A DNA stretch of 62,582 bases, counting the filler, from Perkinsus olseni (lineage: Eukaryota): assembly GCA_013115125.1 (NCBI GenBank). It is 9 parts of 9 records of this genome, joined end to end, with 100 filler letters (N's around TTAATTAATTAA, not from the genome) between each part and the next. Parts side by side here need not be neighbours in the genome. Positions count along the whole stretch, not along the records: positions 48,818 to 55,653 come from JABANN010001064.1; positions 55,754 to 62,582 come from JABANN010001065.1; 7 more parts are not named here. One strand, 5' to 3'. Within the stretch, counting starts at the first letter, position 1. Each line of letters starts with the position of its first letter. Position numbers and translations under genes: made by a program. Below the pieces are notes generated by a model. That model was given only the letters and a program-made list of their open reading frames with translations. It did no database searches and was not told the DNA's origin. Positions 49,297-62,200 of this stretch are shown one piece after another.

Positions 49297-52200
49297 ATGA
49301 TACCTGTGAATCACTCGCTTGGACCAGCCAATCTTAACATATACGAAGTCGATCCGGAGCAGTCTGAAGCAAGTAGAGAGTGGAATACTTATTTGGCTCA
49401 TCATGCAGATTACATCAGACGTAATCTTGTTATAGGTAAAAAGGGAGCAATCCGAAGCATTGTTAAGTGATCGGTAGCTAGTTATTACTTTTTTCAGGTG
49501 AGAGATATCTTCTGTCGGAAGGTGAGCTTTTGGAGTATTTTCGTAATGCTCTGGGGGATGGAAATTGCTTCTTTCATTCTGTGATCGCCTCTTGTCTTTC
49601 GGAGAGGACTCTTGGCGATGACAGAGAATTGGGTAGAGCGGTGCATAGTTGGAGTGCTATTGAAATGGGTCGGTTAGTGGAATGTGGGATTTTAGATCGT
49701 GAATTTTTGGCGGACTATTTGGAGTTTTCCGGTGGAACAATAGACGATGCAGTTCGTATTGCACAAACAGATCAAGCTCGTCCGACGATACAGTTTACTT
49801 TGTCGCATCTGATAGGAAGACCTATCGCTTATATAAGCCGACAATCAGCTAATCGCGCAGAAAATCCGAGAGTTGGACTGTACGTACCTACTGATCCATC
49901 ATCGGCGTTGAGGGAGCCGGTTTTTGTCGCTCATGAGTATTATGGGGTTTCGTCATCTGCTGATGGGGGGTCGGGGCATTACATGGTCTTGAGACGCAGA
50001 AGACAAGCACAGCATTTGGCTCCAAGGAGTGATTCGAGAAGTGCAAGCTTACATTGTGAAGGTGATAAGCGAAAAATGGAACCAATATCTGTTGGTCGAA
50101 GTAAGCGGATTTCTATTGAGTAATTTGTTTGGGTTTTGAAGCAGACCATCTCGCCATAATAGTTTGTTGTACAAAATTATCCGTGTATTGAAGTGCGATT
50201 GAAAGGGTGTATAATTTGACTTGCATTAAACCGTGGGCGGTAGTTTTTGCTTTGTCAGATTCTAATCTGGTGGCTTCTGCGGTATTGACTTCACAGAAGT
50301 CGCATAGGGAAAGTACATCGATAAGGAAATTGAGTAGTCGTAAGAGGCGTTGTCCAGAGAAGGATAAATGTCGGTCATGTGGAACATTTTTGGGAAGAGA
50401 TGGGATATGTAGTAAATGCTCAAAACGTGTAGACAGGTCTCCCCATGCAATAGGAATGGTGCATGAAATAAGTGGCGCAATGCAATGTATCCAGAAAAAT
50501 AAGACGGCCTCATCTCGTTCACATGGGACCCATGATACTCTAGAATGTGCACAGAAATGCAAGATATCTTCATGTCGCAAAATTACAATTGATAATGTTC
50601 AACAACGTGCACAAAATAGTAAGGTCTTATCACCTCGTGGTAATACAGCTGGTAATATTTCAAAGTGTGCGCAAAATCGTAAGTCGTCCAAATCTCATGA
50701 ATTGACAACCGAAAATGCTCGAGAGCGCGTGCAGAATAATGAAACGTTACAGGCAGAGGTAGGTGAAAGTCCCACCTCCTTTGGAGATGTTTATGGTTTA
50801 CAAACGCCTCGTTCCCATGTCAACAGCAATAGAGATGGCCAGAAATTAGATAGTTCGTCAGTCGTCATCGAAATGACGGACGTTTTCTTTAATCAGGTGC
50901 AGTTTTATTTCCATGTTCGAAATCATCTTCTTAATGAAGAAAGTGTATTTCATTGTCACAATTGTTTGCGATGGTCAACTGTAGGATATCCTCTTCGATT
51001 GAAAACTATAGCAGCGAAAGACGTTATATGTCGAAAATATGTACTTCTTACGAGAAAATCGAATCGATATTCTGGAAAGCGGGAATATAGTGTATGCGAG
51101 GCGTGTTTTTCGTATATTACTAGTAAACGACGGGAAGGTAATGCTTGGGCGGTTGCTTGGCCTACTTTCATTGCGTATAATTTGGTTAAAGCCGGGTTCA
51201 TGGAAATTTGGTCTTGGATACCTTTGGAATTGAGGGTAGCATGGTTGCCGTCTGTACCATTATTCCATTCGAGTCTGAGTCATGTAACATTGCGAGATCC
51301 ACCTCCGTTTTTCGAAGATTGTACCGAACGGCGATTACATTTACTTGAAGTTATTGATAGAATGCGAGGGGCTGAATTACGGCATGCTCTTAATGAGAAT
51401 TGTGTAGCACAAGTCCGATGTTATTGTGGTGCCCAAGAATTTTTGGAGGATACTCATCTTCTGTCGTTGCAATTCGCGTTGGTTCGTCAGTATTCACAAA
51501 TGTCTGAATTAGGGGTCCTGTTACCTCGTTCGCAAGCAAATAAAGACTTCATGGCAGCATCTAGATCGGACTGGCTTCATTCGTGGATGTTTTTGGAAAA
51601 ATGGAGGGTTGGCCCAAGTGTAGTAGTGGATAGTGTCAAAGGATTGTGTCTTCTTGTTTGCAGAGAACATAAAAAAGGTAGTTTGTTGAAACATGTAAAT
51701 CTAGCGTACAATCCAATTCAATTGAATAAGCCATGTTCGTATCCTGATCGTTTAGGTGGCTTAGTTGTTGCACCACAAATTATTAAACCACTAGTAAAAA
51801 AATACAATGTGAACACTTATGAAGTACTGCGTCTTACTGGATCTTACAGCGGAATGAGCTCTTCTATGTTACACACCAGAAGAAGATGGGACATCACGTC
51901 TAGCCAATTAGCGGAATCAGAGAGGCTTCAGGTAATATGTAGAAGAGATGTTCGCGAACGGTTGAAACATATGTTACTCAGTGGGGAAATTTCGGACGAA
52001 ATATTCTCCTCATTGTTAGAGAGTACGCATTTGTCTGCTGCAGAAGAAACTCGCTTAAATTATTGTAAAAAGTCCGCGACTCTCTTTGATCTTGATAATT
52101 TACTTGATTGTCGGAAAGCATTATATGAAGGTCACTGTAATAGGAGGAATGTCGTGAGTCGTCTCATTGAGGATTCGGAAGGAGAGAAAAGGGTGTCATA

Positions 52201-54170
52201 CAACCTTCCGTGGCCTTTTCGATTATTGAAAAGTTCTTTCAATTCTTGCGTGCAACCCTTAGAAATAGTCCCAAAGAAAATGAAGAAAAAAGGGACGGAT
52301 TCACGATATACGTGGCTATTGTGTACGCTACTAGTCAATGTCTCTTATCTATGGTCGTTGGTTTGCGAGTTTGTCTTATTGTGTGAAAGAGAAACGTGGG
52401 AAGGGCACTTACTAAAATTTATATCGATTAAAATTTTGAAACTTAACATTCTTGCAATAGGAAAGGAAAATCCGTACGCTAAAATTAAGGACCCTTGTGG
52501 TTTGGAAGCTACCGTTAAGTCTGCCTTAGAAGGACACGGAGAAGTAGAAGAAGATATTGCTTCTTATTTAGCTAATCTTCGTACTGTTTCTCGATATGAA
52601 ATAAGCTCACATCAGTTGGGTAATTTACAACATCATGTGGAGCCTAGTAAGTCTTGTAAAATCTTAATATTAACACGTACAGATAAGAGTAGATTGAATG
52701 GTAATGAAATTCCCTCGATATTTGAGTTTGACAAAAGAAAATATATACTACGGTACGTTGGTTTTGCTCGCTCTGCAATAGCGTCAGATAATATAAGCAC
52801 TTTTCATGCTGAGTCTTGTACTACTCCCCTACTATCTTCCACGGAATTCATTCATTATTCATCCGCAACTACATATCCGAATACAGTCTCCTGTATACCG
52901 TCTCAGCTGACCCAACATTGGACGTTATTATGCTATGAGATATCGAACAAAGCAAACTTACGTCAGCATAGAGTTGATTATATGCAATCTATTGACACTA
53001 CAGCTGTATTGTTCTGTACTCGTCATAGGTTACCTCTAGCGAGAGATAGCGCTGACACAGTTTTTACTTGTTGCATTGATGTTCATCTCTCCAGAAATAA
53101 TTGTAAAAGGAAAAGTTATGTTAGGTGTCTTTCAAAATCATGTAGTGTTTGCTTGTGCAGAGAACATTATCAAAATTTTTTCAACCCAAACGTTCCATTA
53201 CCGAGTGAATTATCTCGAAATTTGCCTAGTTCTGAATCTTCGTCTTCGGCTTCTTCGTTTGTCCCTTTTTCGGCTGAAGAACTGTACGATCCGTCATGCT
53301 CTTCGGAGTTGAGCTTTTTGGAGAGTGAATCCTCGTGTGCATTATCATGCACTGGAGCCACTTCTGAAGGTGATAGTAGCGAGTATATAAGTAGTGGGGA
53401 TAGTGTCACGACTCATTCTGATTCTAGTATATCAGAAAGTGGCGTTTCTATCGGAAGCCATTTCGCTGATTCTTGTGATATTCGAGTGATTGAAAATACA
53501 GATAGCTCTCAAGTATTATCTTGTTTTGTAGATGAAGAAGCCGAGAAAACATCAATCCCTCGCCATATAATCTTCAATGTAGATAGTCAGCTCTTGAAAA
53601 GGAATAGTAGAAGAATAACAGGAACTCTTGCTCAGAGACGCTATTTACATTCCATTGTTTCTAATGATCCGGGCAAAAGTCTACCCTTGATAAACTTCGA
53701 AGGTGATGTTTTTCCATCAATATTCTATAACCAAGCTGATGATGGTCTTTTTTCGGGTAGCATTCCGCAATTTCTTTATAATAGCGAGGCAGAAAATCGA
53801 TACTTTGGCTTTGCGAGCGTTGATGCGATGCTGCGCAGCCGAATTAAGGATGGTGCTTCCCTTACCGGAACGGATCCGCGATATATAGCGCATGCGTTTG
53901 ATGCCATTGTTAATTTGGAATTACGCGCTTCAGACACGAGATTGGTTCAAAGTCGGGGCTATGAACATCTCTTGGGTTATCACACTCATAATCCGGCTGA
54001 AAGTCGGATGAGTTTCGATAGCGTCGATTCGCGTCGTCGTATTTGTGAGTTAGCTTCTTTTACTAAAAGTTCTCCTGAGTATTTTTATACTCACACGGTG
54101 AGTATGAGACACCACCCAGGTGTGAGTCCTATTTTCGTGGAAGCAGAAAGGCAGGGGTATACTGATAGCG
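49297..54170 (+). mobile_element. Spliced OTU protease / Cys-rich / Helitron Rep-N-like giant protein, 3' truncated
   Basis: Exons 49297-49435, 49498-50100 and 50259 onward join in phase. OTU motifs GDGNCFFHSV...GHY; many CxxC motifs; EGDVFPSIF, DPRYIAHAFD and ELASFTKSSPEYFYTHT resemble the pre-HUH region of Helitron RepHel. Confidence 0.72.
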
Positions 54171-55560
54171 ATACCAACTGCACGAAATTTGCACAAACGC
54201 GCGGGGTCCCCTCCCCCGCGCTCGGATTGTTTTGTCCCTGTGGGGGCCCACCTAGATGTACCGGGGTAGTTGATGACTTAGTAACAGTCATACAAGATGC
54301 CGATACATCGTTGTTGTTGATCATGCGCACGGCATGAGTCGTAGGCTGTTGTGTGACCGGAACTTCCTCGCTGGTTGATCTTGGGAGTCGGGCCTTGGCA
54401 GATCTAGAGATGGTCTTGTAGATCTGGCTGTGGAATGAGGAAGTCATATCTTCTATACCAGTGAAGATAATAGGACCCGTCACGGTGAACACGATAGCAC
54501 ATTGGAGTTGTTGAAGCGCAGGACAACCCAAGATGACCGGGCTTGATAAGGTGTTACCAGTCACCGCGAAGCGTTCGTTGATCTTAATGTGCTTCGTCTG
54601 GATAGGTAAACTGACGAAGCCGATGATCTGCATGCTATCCGTGTTGGCCACTTTGACGTTAGATTGGGTCTTCTTCGGGAAAGTAGGGCAATCAGCGCCG
54701 AAGATCTTCTGAAGAGTACCGATGGCGATTAATGAGATATCAGCACCGGTATCGAAGAGGACTGGTCTTGTCTCAGGCCCTATCTTCACGATGCCAACGA
54801 CGATATCACAACCAGTTGATGCCTTGGATGATGAGCATGACTTAGGCGTAGGTAGGCCACTGTTCTCGGATCTGTGTTGGATCACACTACACAGTTGGAT
54901 ACAGTTTGAGATAGTCTCAGTAGCCGTAGTCAAAGTGCTCGTATCCTGCCGCATCGTGATGGTGTTAGTCTGATTGTCGTTGGGAATATCTTCGTCACTC
55001 GATTCTTCTGGCGCATCGTTGTGGTCATTGGGGTCGATACCAGAGATCTTCACATTAGGTGTTGTGGGGGCTGATGTCGGTAGATCGGTTGTCGTTGATG
55101 ATGTCGTGGCTTGGGCAGTCCCACTGGATTTGCCTTTGCCCTTAGACGCTGCCTTCCCTTTACCCTTGGATCCCTTGTTCCGGGATGTGGAGGTAGGTAA
55201 CGGATCCGGGCACACATAGGCTAGGTGACCTTGTCGACCACAGCGATGACAAGTAGCGGTAATCGATACGTTGCACTTATCGATACCGTGAGTAGGATTA
55301 CCACACCGAGAGCACCGATCGTCCTTCTTGCCGACATCATTGGTACAATCTCGTGCTGGATGTCCATCTTGTAAGCATCGGTAGCACGTGATAGATTGTT
55401 GATCTCGAACTACCGCGTAGACGTAATAAGTGTCATCGTCCGGATGATTGGAGCCAGGCAGATGCTCGATATCTTGATCTTCTTCAACAGTGTCGGTGCC
55501 CATGATGTGGTTGACAGTAGCATTGTGTCGTTGATCAGGGAGTCGTCCACCATATAGTCT
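54170..55560 (-). mobile_element. Gypsy-like gag C-terminus (3 CCHC knuckles) plus aspartic protease
   Basis: CYRCLQDGHPARDC, CSRCGNPTHGIDKC, CHRCGRQGHLAYVC, then VLFDTGADISLI...VILGCPAL in ORF 54091-55503. Confidence 0.92.
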
Positions 55561-56299
55561 CAGAGTAGCAGGATCTACTTCCTTCTTGGTGGACGGAGGC
55601 CTCGCTCTATGCGGGGTACCTCACAAATGTAGCGGCCCGAGCGGGGAAGGACCNNNNNNNNNNNNNNNNNNNNNNNNNNNNNNNNNNNNNNNNNNNNTTA
55701 ATTAATTAANNNNNNNNNNNNNNNNNNNNNNNNNNNNNNNNNNNNNNNNNNNNATTTGGAGCCGGAACCCCATGACTCAATCACTTAGAGCCCTAGAGCC
55801 GGGGCACGTAGCTGTCTCTGACACCTGATCCATCTGATTTGTCCTTCGGTACTGGCAGTGAAAGCGGTAGGAGAACGAGCTACGCGCAAAGAAGTGTAAA
55901 GATGCTCTTCCCTTTGAGCATTTGTAGACCAGCCTTCCATAAAGATCCGCGGGGCGAATTTCGCCCTCTGCACTTGGCAGACGCCTGCCTGGTATTGAGG
56001 CACGGGACAGCACGCATAAACGAGACGCGTGTTTACGACCAGTGCGGGGGGCATCTATCAACATCGAAGGTAGGTGCACTGGCCGGCCCTTGCCGAGCCG
56101 AAGATCGTTGCTATACACGAGTTCTAAGTTACGACTAGTGGCTATCCCTTCTTCCCGTCTGTGAGACAGCACGACAATTCACAGGCTTGAGTCACTTGAC
56201 GGAGCCCCTGTCGGCTTCCATCGCGGAAGGTCATGCACCACCTTGCTTCTGCCCAGTACCACTCACACAACAAATAAGCGTTGGTCCATGGGTTCATTA

Positions 56300-59200
56300 C
56301 AACAATCATTTCAGATTAGGTTCGAGGGCACAACGTTCCCGTCATGTATCCACTATCAGCTTCAATACCATGCTGCCCCTCTGCGGCTACCAGTGCTTGC
56401 CTCCATCACCGAGCTGCTGCTGAGCAAAATGCTCGTCGGTCTCCAGGAGGAACTTCAAAGACTCCGAATTCCACGGCAGCCCGTGGCCGCTGCCTGGCGG
56501 GAGCAGATCCACAGGCATCGACTCTGACGCTGCCGGAGCGCCAACCAATGATTGTGGAGAGGAGCAAGAAGCTGTGCCCGCGGCTGTAGAGGAGGCAGCG
56601 CCGATCACGAAGGTGTCATCGGGGTCGGCTATCTCGCTAAGTAGTCTCTCCTCGAAGCTCGTCAGGGCCAGCTCCATCATGGCACAGGATTGTAGCTGAG
56701 GGGAGCAGATGAGTATCAACTACAAAGCTATTCAAATTCCGAATCATCAGTTGGTTACGCAATTGAGAAAAGTCTAAAGGAACGAGATTCAAACGACCTG
56801 TTTTTTTTATGAAATAGCATAAACAAGAGGACAAAGAACTTGTGGGGTGTCGGTCTGGAGCGGTTCTGGTACACAGTCCTGTCAAAGGAAATTATCCGAA
56901 GAACATTCCAAAACGAAACTTGCCAAGTGAGTAAAAGCCTAAGGCATCGCAAATTTACTAGCATTTGTTTTCCAGGCAAATTCCGAGGGTATAAAGGCAA
57001 GAATGATGCCAGCACAGCTTACAATTGACTTGATCTGCTCCGCCCCTAGCGTGTCGAGGTTCTGCAGTATCCTAGCGCACGCCGAGAGCAGGAAGCCACC
57101 ATTGCTGGGCCTAGCCTTCATCCCCAGACGAGCCATCAAGTTGAACAGCTGCACCTACAGCGACCCAACCATCACACCCGCACCAGGACGACTAAACCCA
57201 CGATCTTCTCCAGGGAGACCTCCTCCAGCTTAGCAACGGTTGATAGTTTGAGAGCCGCTGCCTGCATAAGGGCATCCACTCGATAAGAGGCCGCCTCGTA
57301 TTCGAGCAAGCCAATGGAAGGGCTAGGACGGCGGACCGAGGCCGAGAGGGTGTCCTCCTCTGAGTCGGAAGGTGGAGCTCTGATGCCCTCCTGATGGGAA
57401 CAGCATTGGGAGTTCACAAGAAGCCTGTTGAACTGTTATCACTTGTGCAAAGCCTTGCATGACGATAGCCATCTCATCGACGCGTATGGCTCCCACATGG
57501 TCCAGAATGTACCTGAGGGTGGCGCGTGACGTCGACAGCCGACGGGGATCTTCATTTACTTGCTGGTCGTCATCAGCATCGACAGGTTGGTGTATCCGAG
57601 ACTGTGCATCGGGCGGAGAATCTTCGCGATGAGGAACTTGCCGTACTTATGCGGCGTGTAAACCACATCAGCAGCCACTGCCTGACCAACTCACCGTGAA
57701 ATGACCGCACAGCGGCAACGACTCACGTCCAGCAACTCCTTGCTAGGGTAGTTGAGCCGTGCAAGGGAGCACATAATGTTGCCAACGCCATGGCCATCGT
57801 AGCGAGGCATCATTGCAGAAACGCAGGCGGAGATCTCTTGCAGTAGCTGCTCATTGAAACTGCACAGCAGAGCCTTCCGATGGGCGGAGGTGCTCTCACT
57901 CACCAGTTGAGACGCCCATAAGCATAGAGGAGGTTGGAGACCTCCTGCGGCTTGAACGTGCATAGGGTGCCCGCCACCTTCTTCGACACCAGCTCCATCA
58001 ACGCCTTATCACAGTAGCCAACCCGGGAGAGCCCGTACAGCATATTAGAGAAGTTTTGCGGGCGGAAATGGCTGATCGGAAGGTCGCACTGCCGACTGAT
58101 TCGAGACTAGCGGCACTCACTCTAGCCTGGTCTTGGCAGCTTCCACGATGGCCTGCATGACCTCCTTCTCCTCGACCATCTGCAGCTTGCCAACCGCCCA
58201 GGATATGTTGGACAGGGACTGGCAGCTCGAGGTCGGCGCCAGCTGGAAAGAAAGTGATGCTCAGCGCTGCTACGGCCAGCTCGGTCAGCACTCACTTCGA
58301 CGGCCCTGCGGAGAACCCGCTTCATCCGGGGATCTCTAGTGAGCGCCTTCTGACTTTGCTCTTGGTTTTGGGTTATACTGGCGAGACGATGAATAAGAGT
58401 TGACACGTTGACCGAGTTCAACTGATTTACGTGCATGTCCACGATGGCCAGGAGGCCGTTCACGGACCTGCACGCCAGCTACGCCTCCCTCGACCAGCGA
58501 CCAGCGGCAGCGGCGAATTACCGTGAGTTGGCAGCAGTTAATATAGTCCTTTGGATTTCGAACTCATTTGCAGTCGGTTGGCGATGGTTTTGGTATCCTC
58601 CAGCTGTGTCTTGCTGTCGGAGGTGGACACCTCCACTCCAGACGGGCTGACGAGAACGTCAATCCTCAGCCGGCTGCCGCTACCCACCCTATGAGTCTCG
58701 AAACCCGGCGGCTCTCCATCTTCCCCTCTGTCGTGCGCCCCAACCCGCTTTTCCTGCTGAGCAAAATGACCGTCCATCGCTATGGACGGGCATCGTCTTC
58801 TTACTTCAGCTGAGTTCGCAGTGGTGCTTTGACCCCCGTCCACAGCTTGAGGCAACGTACCAGCGGGAGAAGTATGCTCCACTGTCGACCTCGAACTTCC
58901 CGCGGCAGCCACATCTACGCGTGCCGCCGCCGCCGCTGCCGCGATGACCCCAACCTCGGCTGTCTTCGGTACATCATCACTGACGATCGGAGGACCGCCA
59001 ACAGACATCACAGACTCTCCGGCGGCCTGAAGCTCAGCCGTAGTCTCAGGAGCCCTCTGAACAACGAGAGCCCACGCTGCAAGGACGCGGATGAACCTGT
59101 GTTCCATACCACTCCTTCCCGAACTTTATCTCCGCGGGTCCCATCTTCTTCCTCCTGCTCCCCCGCGCTTGTGGACTTGCTCTCGAAAGTCTCTTTGGCC

Positions 59201-59434
59201 GGACTCTTCCGAGACGTCTCCACTCGGGTCTTCAAGGGGGCGTCAACTTCCGGCACTCTCGCCGAGTCTGGCTGAGCTGCAAGCAGCGAAGGTGATAGCA
59301 ACCGGCAGAGCCTGAGGCAAGGCCCTTGGACGGAGCGACGAAGGGAGCTCAGCGAACCCAGTGGGTTCAACCCACCAGATCGTCAAGGGGATGCTGATCA
59401 GATAGTAGAGGATGTCAGAAACACCGAATATCAT
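56300..59434 (-). CDS. Helical-repeat (OPR/HPR/FASTK-like) RNA-binding protein, multi-exon
   Basis: Repeats of about 37-38 aa: LNSVNVSTLIHRLA, SCQSLSNISWAVGKL, FRPQNFSNMLYGLSRV, FKPQEVSNLLYAYGRL, YDGHGVGNIMCSLARL. Ends are approximate. Confidence 0.8.
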
Positions 59435-59602
59435 CTGTCAGTGGCAAAGTTACTTGATAACTGCAACCGTAGCCCATACCACAAATTGACCAATTCAAGG
59501 ATCATGAACGCGAGACTTGGCCCTATTTTCATGACTCGAGAATACACACCACGCACGGTCGTCGCAAGGCTGAGAGCGATAGCGTACTGCTCCGTACCCG
59601 AC

Positions 59603-62200
59603 TCAGCGTCCGACCTGGCAATATCTCACCGTCAACCCCTCAAGAGCAGTGCCCGGAGCGAAATTCACTGCCAGTAGCCCGGACGGCCCATCAGCTAGCT
59701 CCCCTCTAACAGCCTCGTCGCAGGAATATCCTGATCCCCGACACAGGAAGTGCGCCCCCCCACACAGTGGAGTGGAGTGCCTTTCTGATGGCTCCCCCAT
59801 GACCGCAGCGCCACGAAATCCAGCCGGAACACTACCGGAATTCCCGGCAGCATGCACCTACAAACAGCTTGGCGGCAGATTTTGCCCACCCGCCCTCAGA
59901 CCACTGCTGCAGTAAGCACCCACCGCCAATCGTAAACGGCAGCCCGATTTCGACACTTGTGACAGTGAGGCAGCTACAGGCCAACGGCACCGATTTCGCA
60001 GTCCAACGACAGCATCGGTAATAAGGCATAAAAAAACAACGTAATCCTAGCAAATGGCTGCGGCGAAGACTATCAACCCAGGGAGAAGAGTAACGTATCT
60101 CCCAGAGAACGAAAGGGGGAGAACACAACTCGCACCCAGGAAAGAAGTTTTCGCGCAGCGTCACGTAGGAATAGGACAGGCGGCACTTCAAGCAGCAGCA
60201 GCCGAAGCCCCGATCGAAAATGCAATGCCTTGGTAGACGATGATGACGGGCCGGTAAGACCAGTAAGGTCATGCAACGATCCCACTCAAATTCTGACGCA
60301 TGTCGTCGAGATGGTGCGGATCGGAAAAAATCGCGCATTTTTAATTGGTCTCTTCAACGAGGAACTTTCAGGCACCATGGGAGCTGAGCCTCAAACTGTT
60401 GTTCGTGCCCCCATCCAGCTCATGACAAAAGCTATCAGAGCCATCCTGCTTGCCGACATCCTCGTCTATTACACAGCAATCGCCTACGCTCGCGGTCAGG
60501 CGTTCTCGCCATCTGCCAACGAGGAGGGGTACACAAGACCGGCCCCGTTGGGGGTCCTCTCACCCGTGATGGACCTCCTCGTGCTTCGCATGATCGCTGT
60601 TTACTGCACCGCCACCATCGTCCGCTGACGGAGACGCCAAGGCATCCACTGCGCCTGAATGACAGCCATCCGAGCAGAGTGCGCACTCGCCTTCTCCGTC
60701 GTGTCACCATGACTCGAGCTCAAGCCCATAAGGAGACGAGTCTGCAGATTCTGAATGTAGGCGAAGCGGAGGTCACAAACCTTGCCGCCCCTGGGGTTGC
60801 AATACTTCCACATACGGCCCTGAAAACGCCACCATCGGGCCATCCATCGACCACGACCAGCCCACCTGGAACTTCTCCACGAACGCTGCGGTCAAGCGCT
60901 CATTCTTGAGGTAGATGAAGGCGAAACCGCGATTGTGGTCGGTGCCAGACTTCCTAGGTAGCTCACTGAGGTCCGGGTACCACCTCGTGTTATCCCCTGT
61001 ACCAACAGGTAGCCCTACATGAAGTTGAAGCAGTCCTTCAATCCGGGCTCGGAGGCAATCTCGGAGAGCAGCAAGTCGTAGTCGTAACTGCCCTGCACAC
61101 GTAGCTGCTCGCTCGCGAACCGGGTGCCTAGTGTTACTAAGTCGGGACGCCCCGCATCAACAGAGTTGTGCGATGCTCGTTGCCGTCGACCAAGCAGTCA
61201 GGATTGATCTCCTGGGCTCTTCTATCGTGAGTACAGGAGGGTTGGGCCCACCAGCGCGGATCCCTGGGAGCCCTCGACGAGGAGTCTTCAAGGGCCCTCT
61301 TCCATCCCCCATGCGACGATGAGCTGCCATCACTCGAAACCACGGCAAAGTCCCCATACCGAACTAAAAGCAGCAAGCCGGGATCCTCACAGCAGCCGCC
61401 AGGAGAGGAGCGGGTCGTACAAGTAGACGGAGATGGGTAGCATGAAAGCTCCTGCTCGTGAGCAAAGTACAACAGGCATGGGCGCTCGGCCCGGTGGTCG
61501 AACTTCCATACATAACCCTGTAAAGAACAGCTGGCCGGGTCTTGTCACGGCTAGATCGCGCCGCCCACTTCCAGTCTAGCGACCAGCATGGCAGCCAATA
61601 GCGGCGTCTTCATGTGAATGAAGCCGTAGGAACGATTGTAAGTCGTGGACGTCGGCAAGTACCTAACAAGGCTCCCCAGAGGATGACGAGCTGCACTCGA
61701 GCCCTAACAGGTCTACAGGTAGTCGTAGGCGTCCACCAGCTCCGGAAAAGCGTCGATCTCAGTGACGAGCATGCTGTACGTGTACCTGTGGATAGGGTAG
61801 GATGTGAGAAAGGGGGGCAGGTCGGGCCGACGTCCTGGGGATGTTCTTTATAAGAATCATCGTCCGGGTTTCAACACCATCAAGCAGGGCTTTTACGTCG
61901 ATACGCTGATAGCCCATCGGTTGCTTCAATCTCGGTGATTGATCTCCGCCAAGCGCCTGATGAGGAGAGGAGGAGCCGTCGCTCGCCACGAGCGATCTAC
62001 CTTATCAGATTTGAAGTTGTGGCCGTCATAGACCAACTCGTCGTAGAGTCGTATCTTCACGCCGCCGCTCCCACCAGCGGTCTCCAAACCATCACTCTGA
62101 TTGCAATGTGAGGCTTTTCAAGTGTAAGAGGACCATCCGTACCGCACCTCGAACAACTCATCGTCCTGAAACTCGTCGAGGTTAGGCCAGGGTTCTGATG
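59603..62200 (-). CDS. Mei2-like RNA-binding protein with two RRM3-type domains, multi-exon
   Basis: IDVKALLDGVETRTMILIKNIP...YLPTSTTYNRSYGFIHM and INPDCLVDGNEHRTTLLMRGVP...LPRKSGTDHNRGFAFIY...CDLRFAYIQ. Ends are approximate. Confidence 0.8.

Noticed and set aside
54170-54337. C-terminus of the 1376-aa ORF as genuine protein
   Set aside because: It is antisense read-through into the retrotransposon fragment.
55754-56138. 3' end of a plus-strand gene
   Set aside because: Plausible exons but no recognisable motif, and truncated by the contig start.
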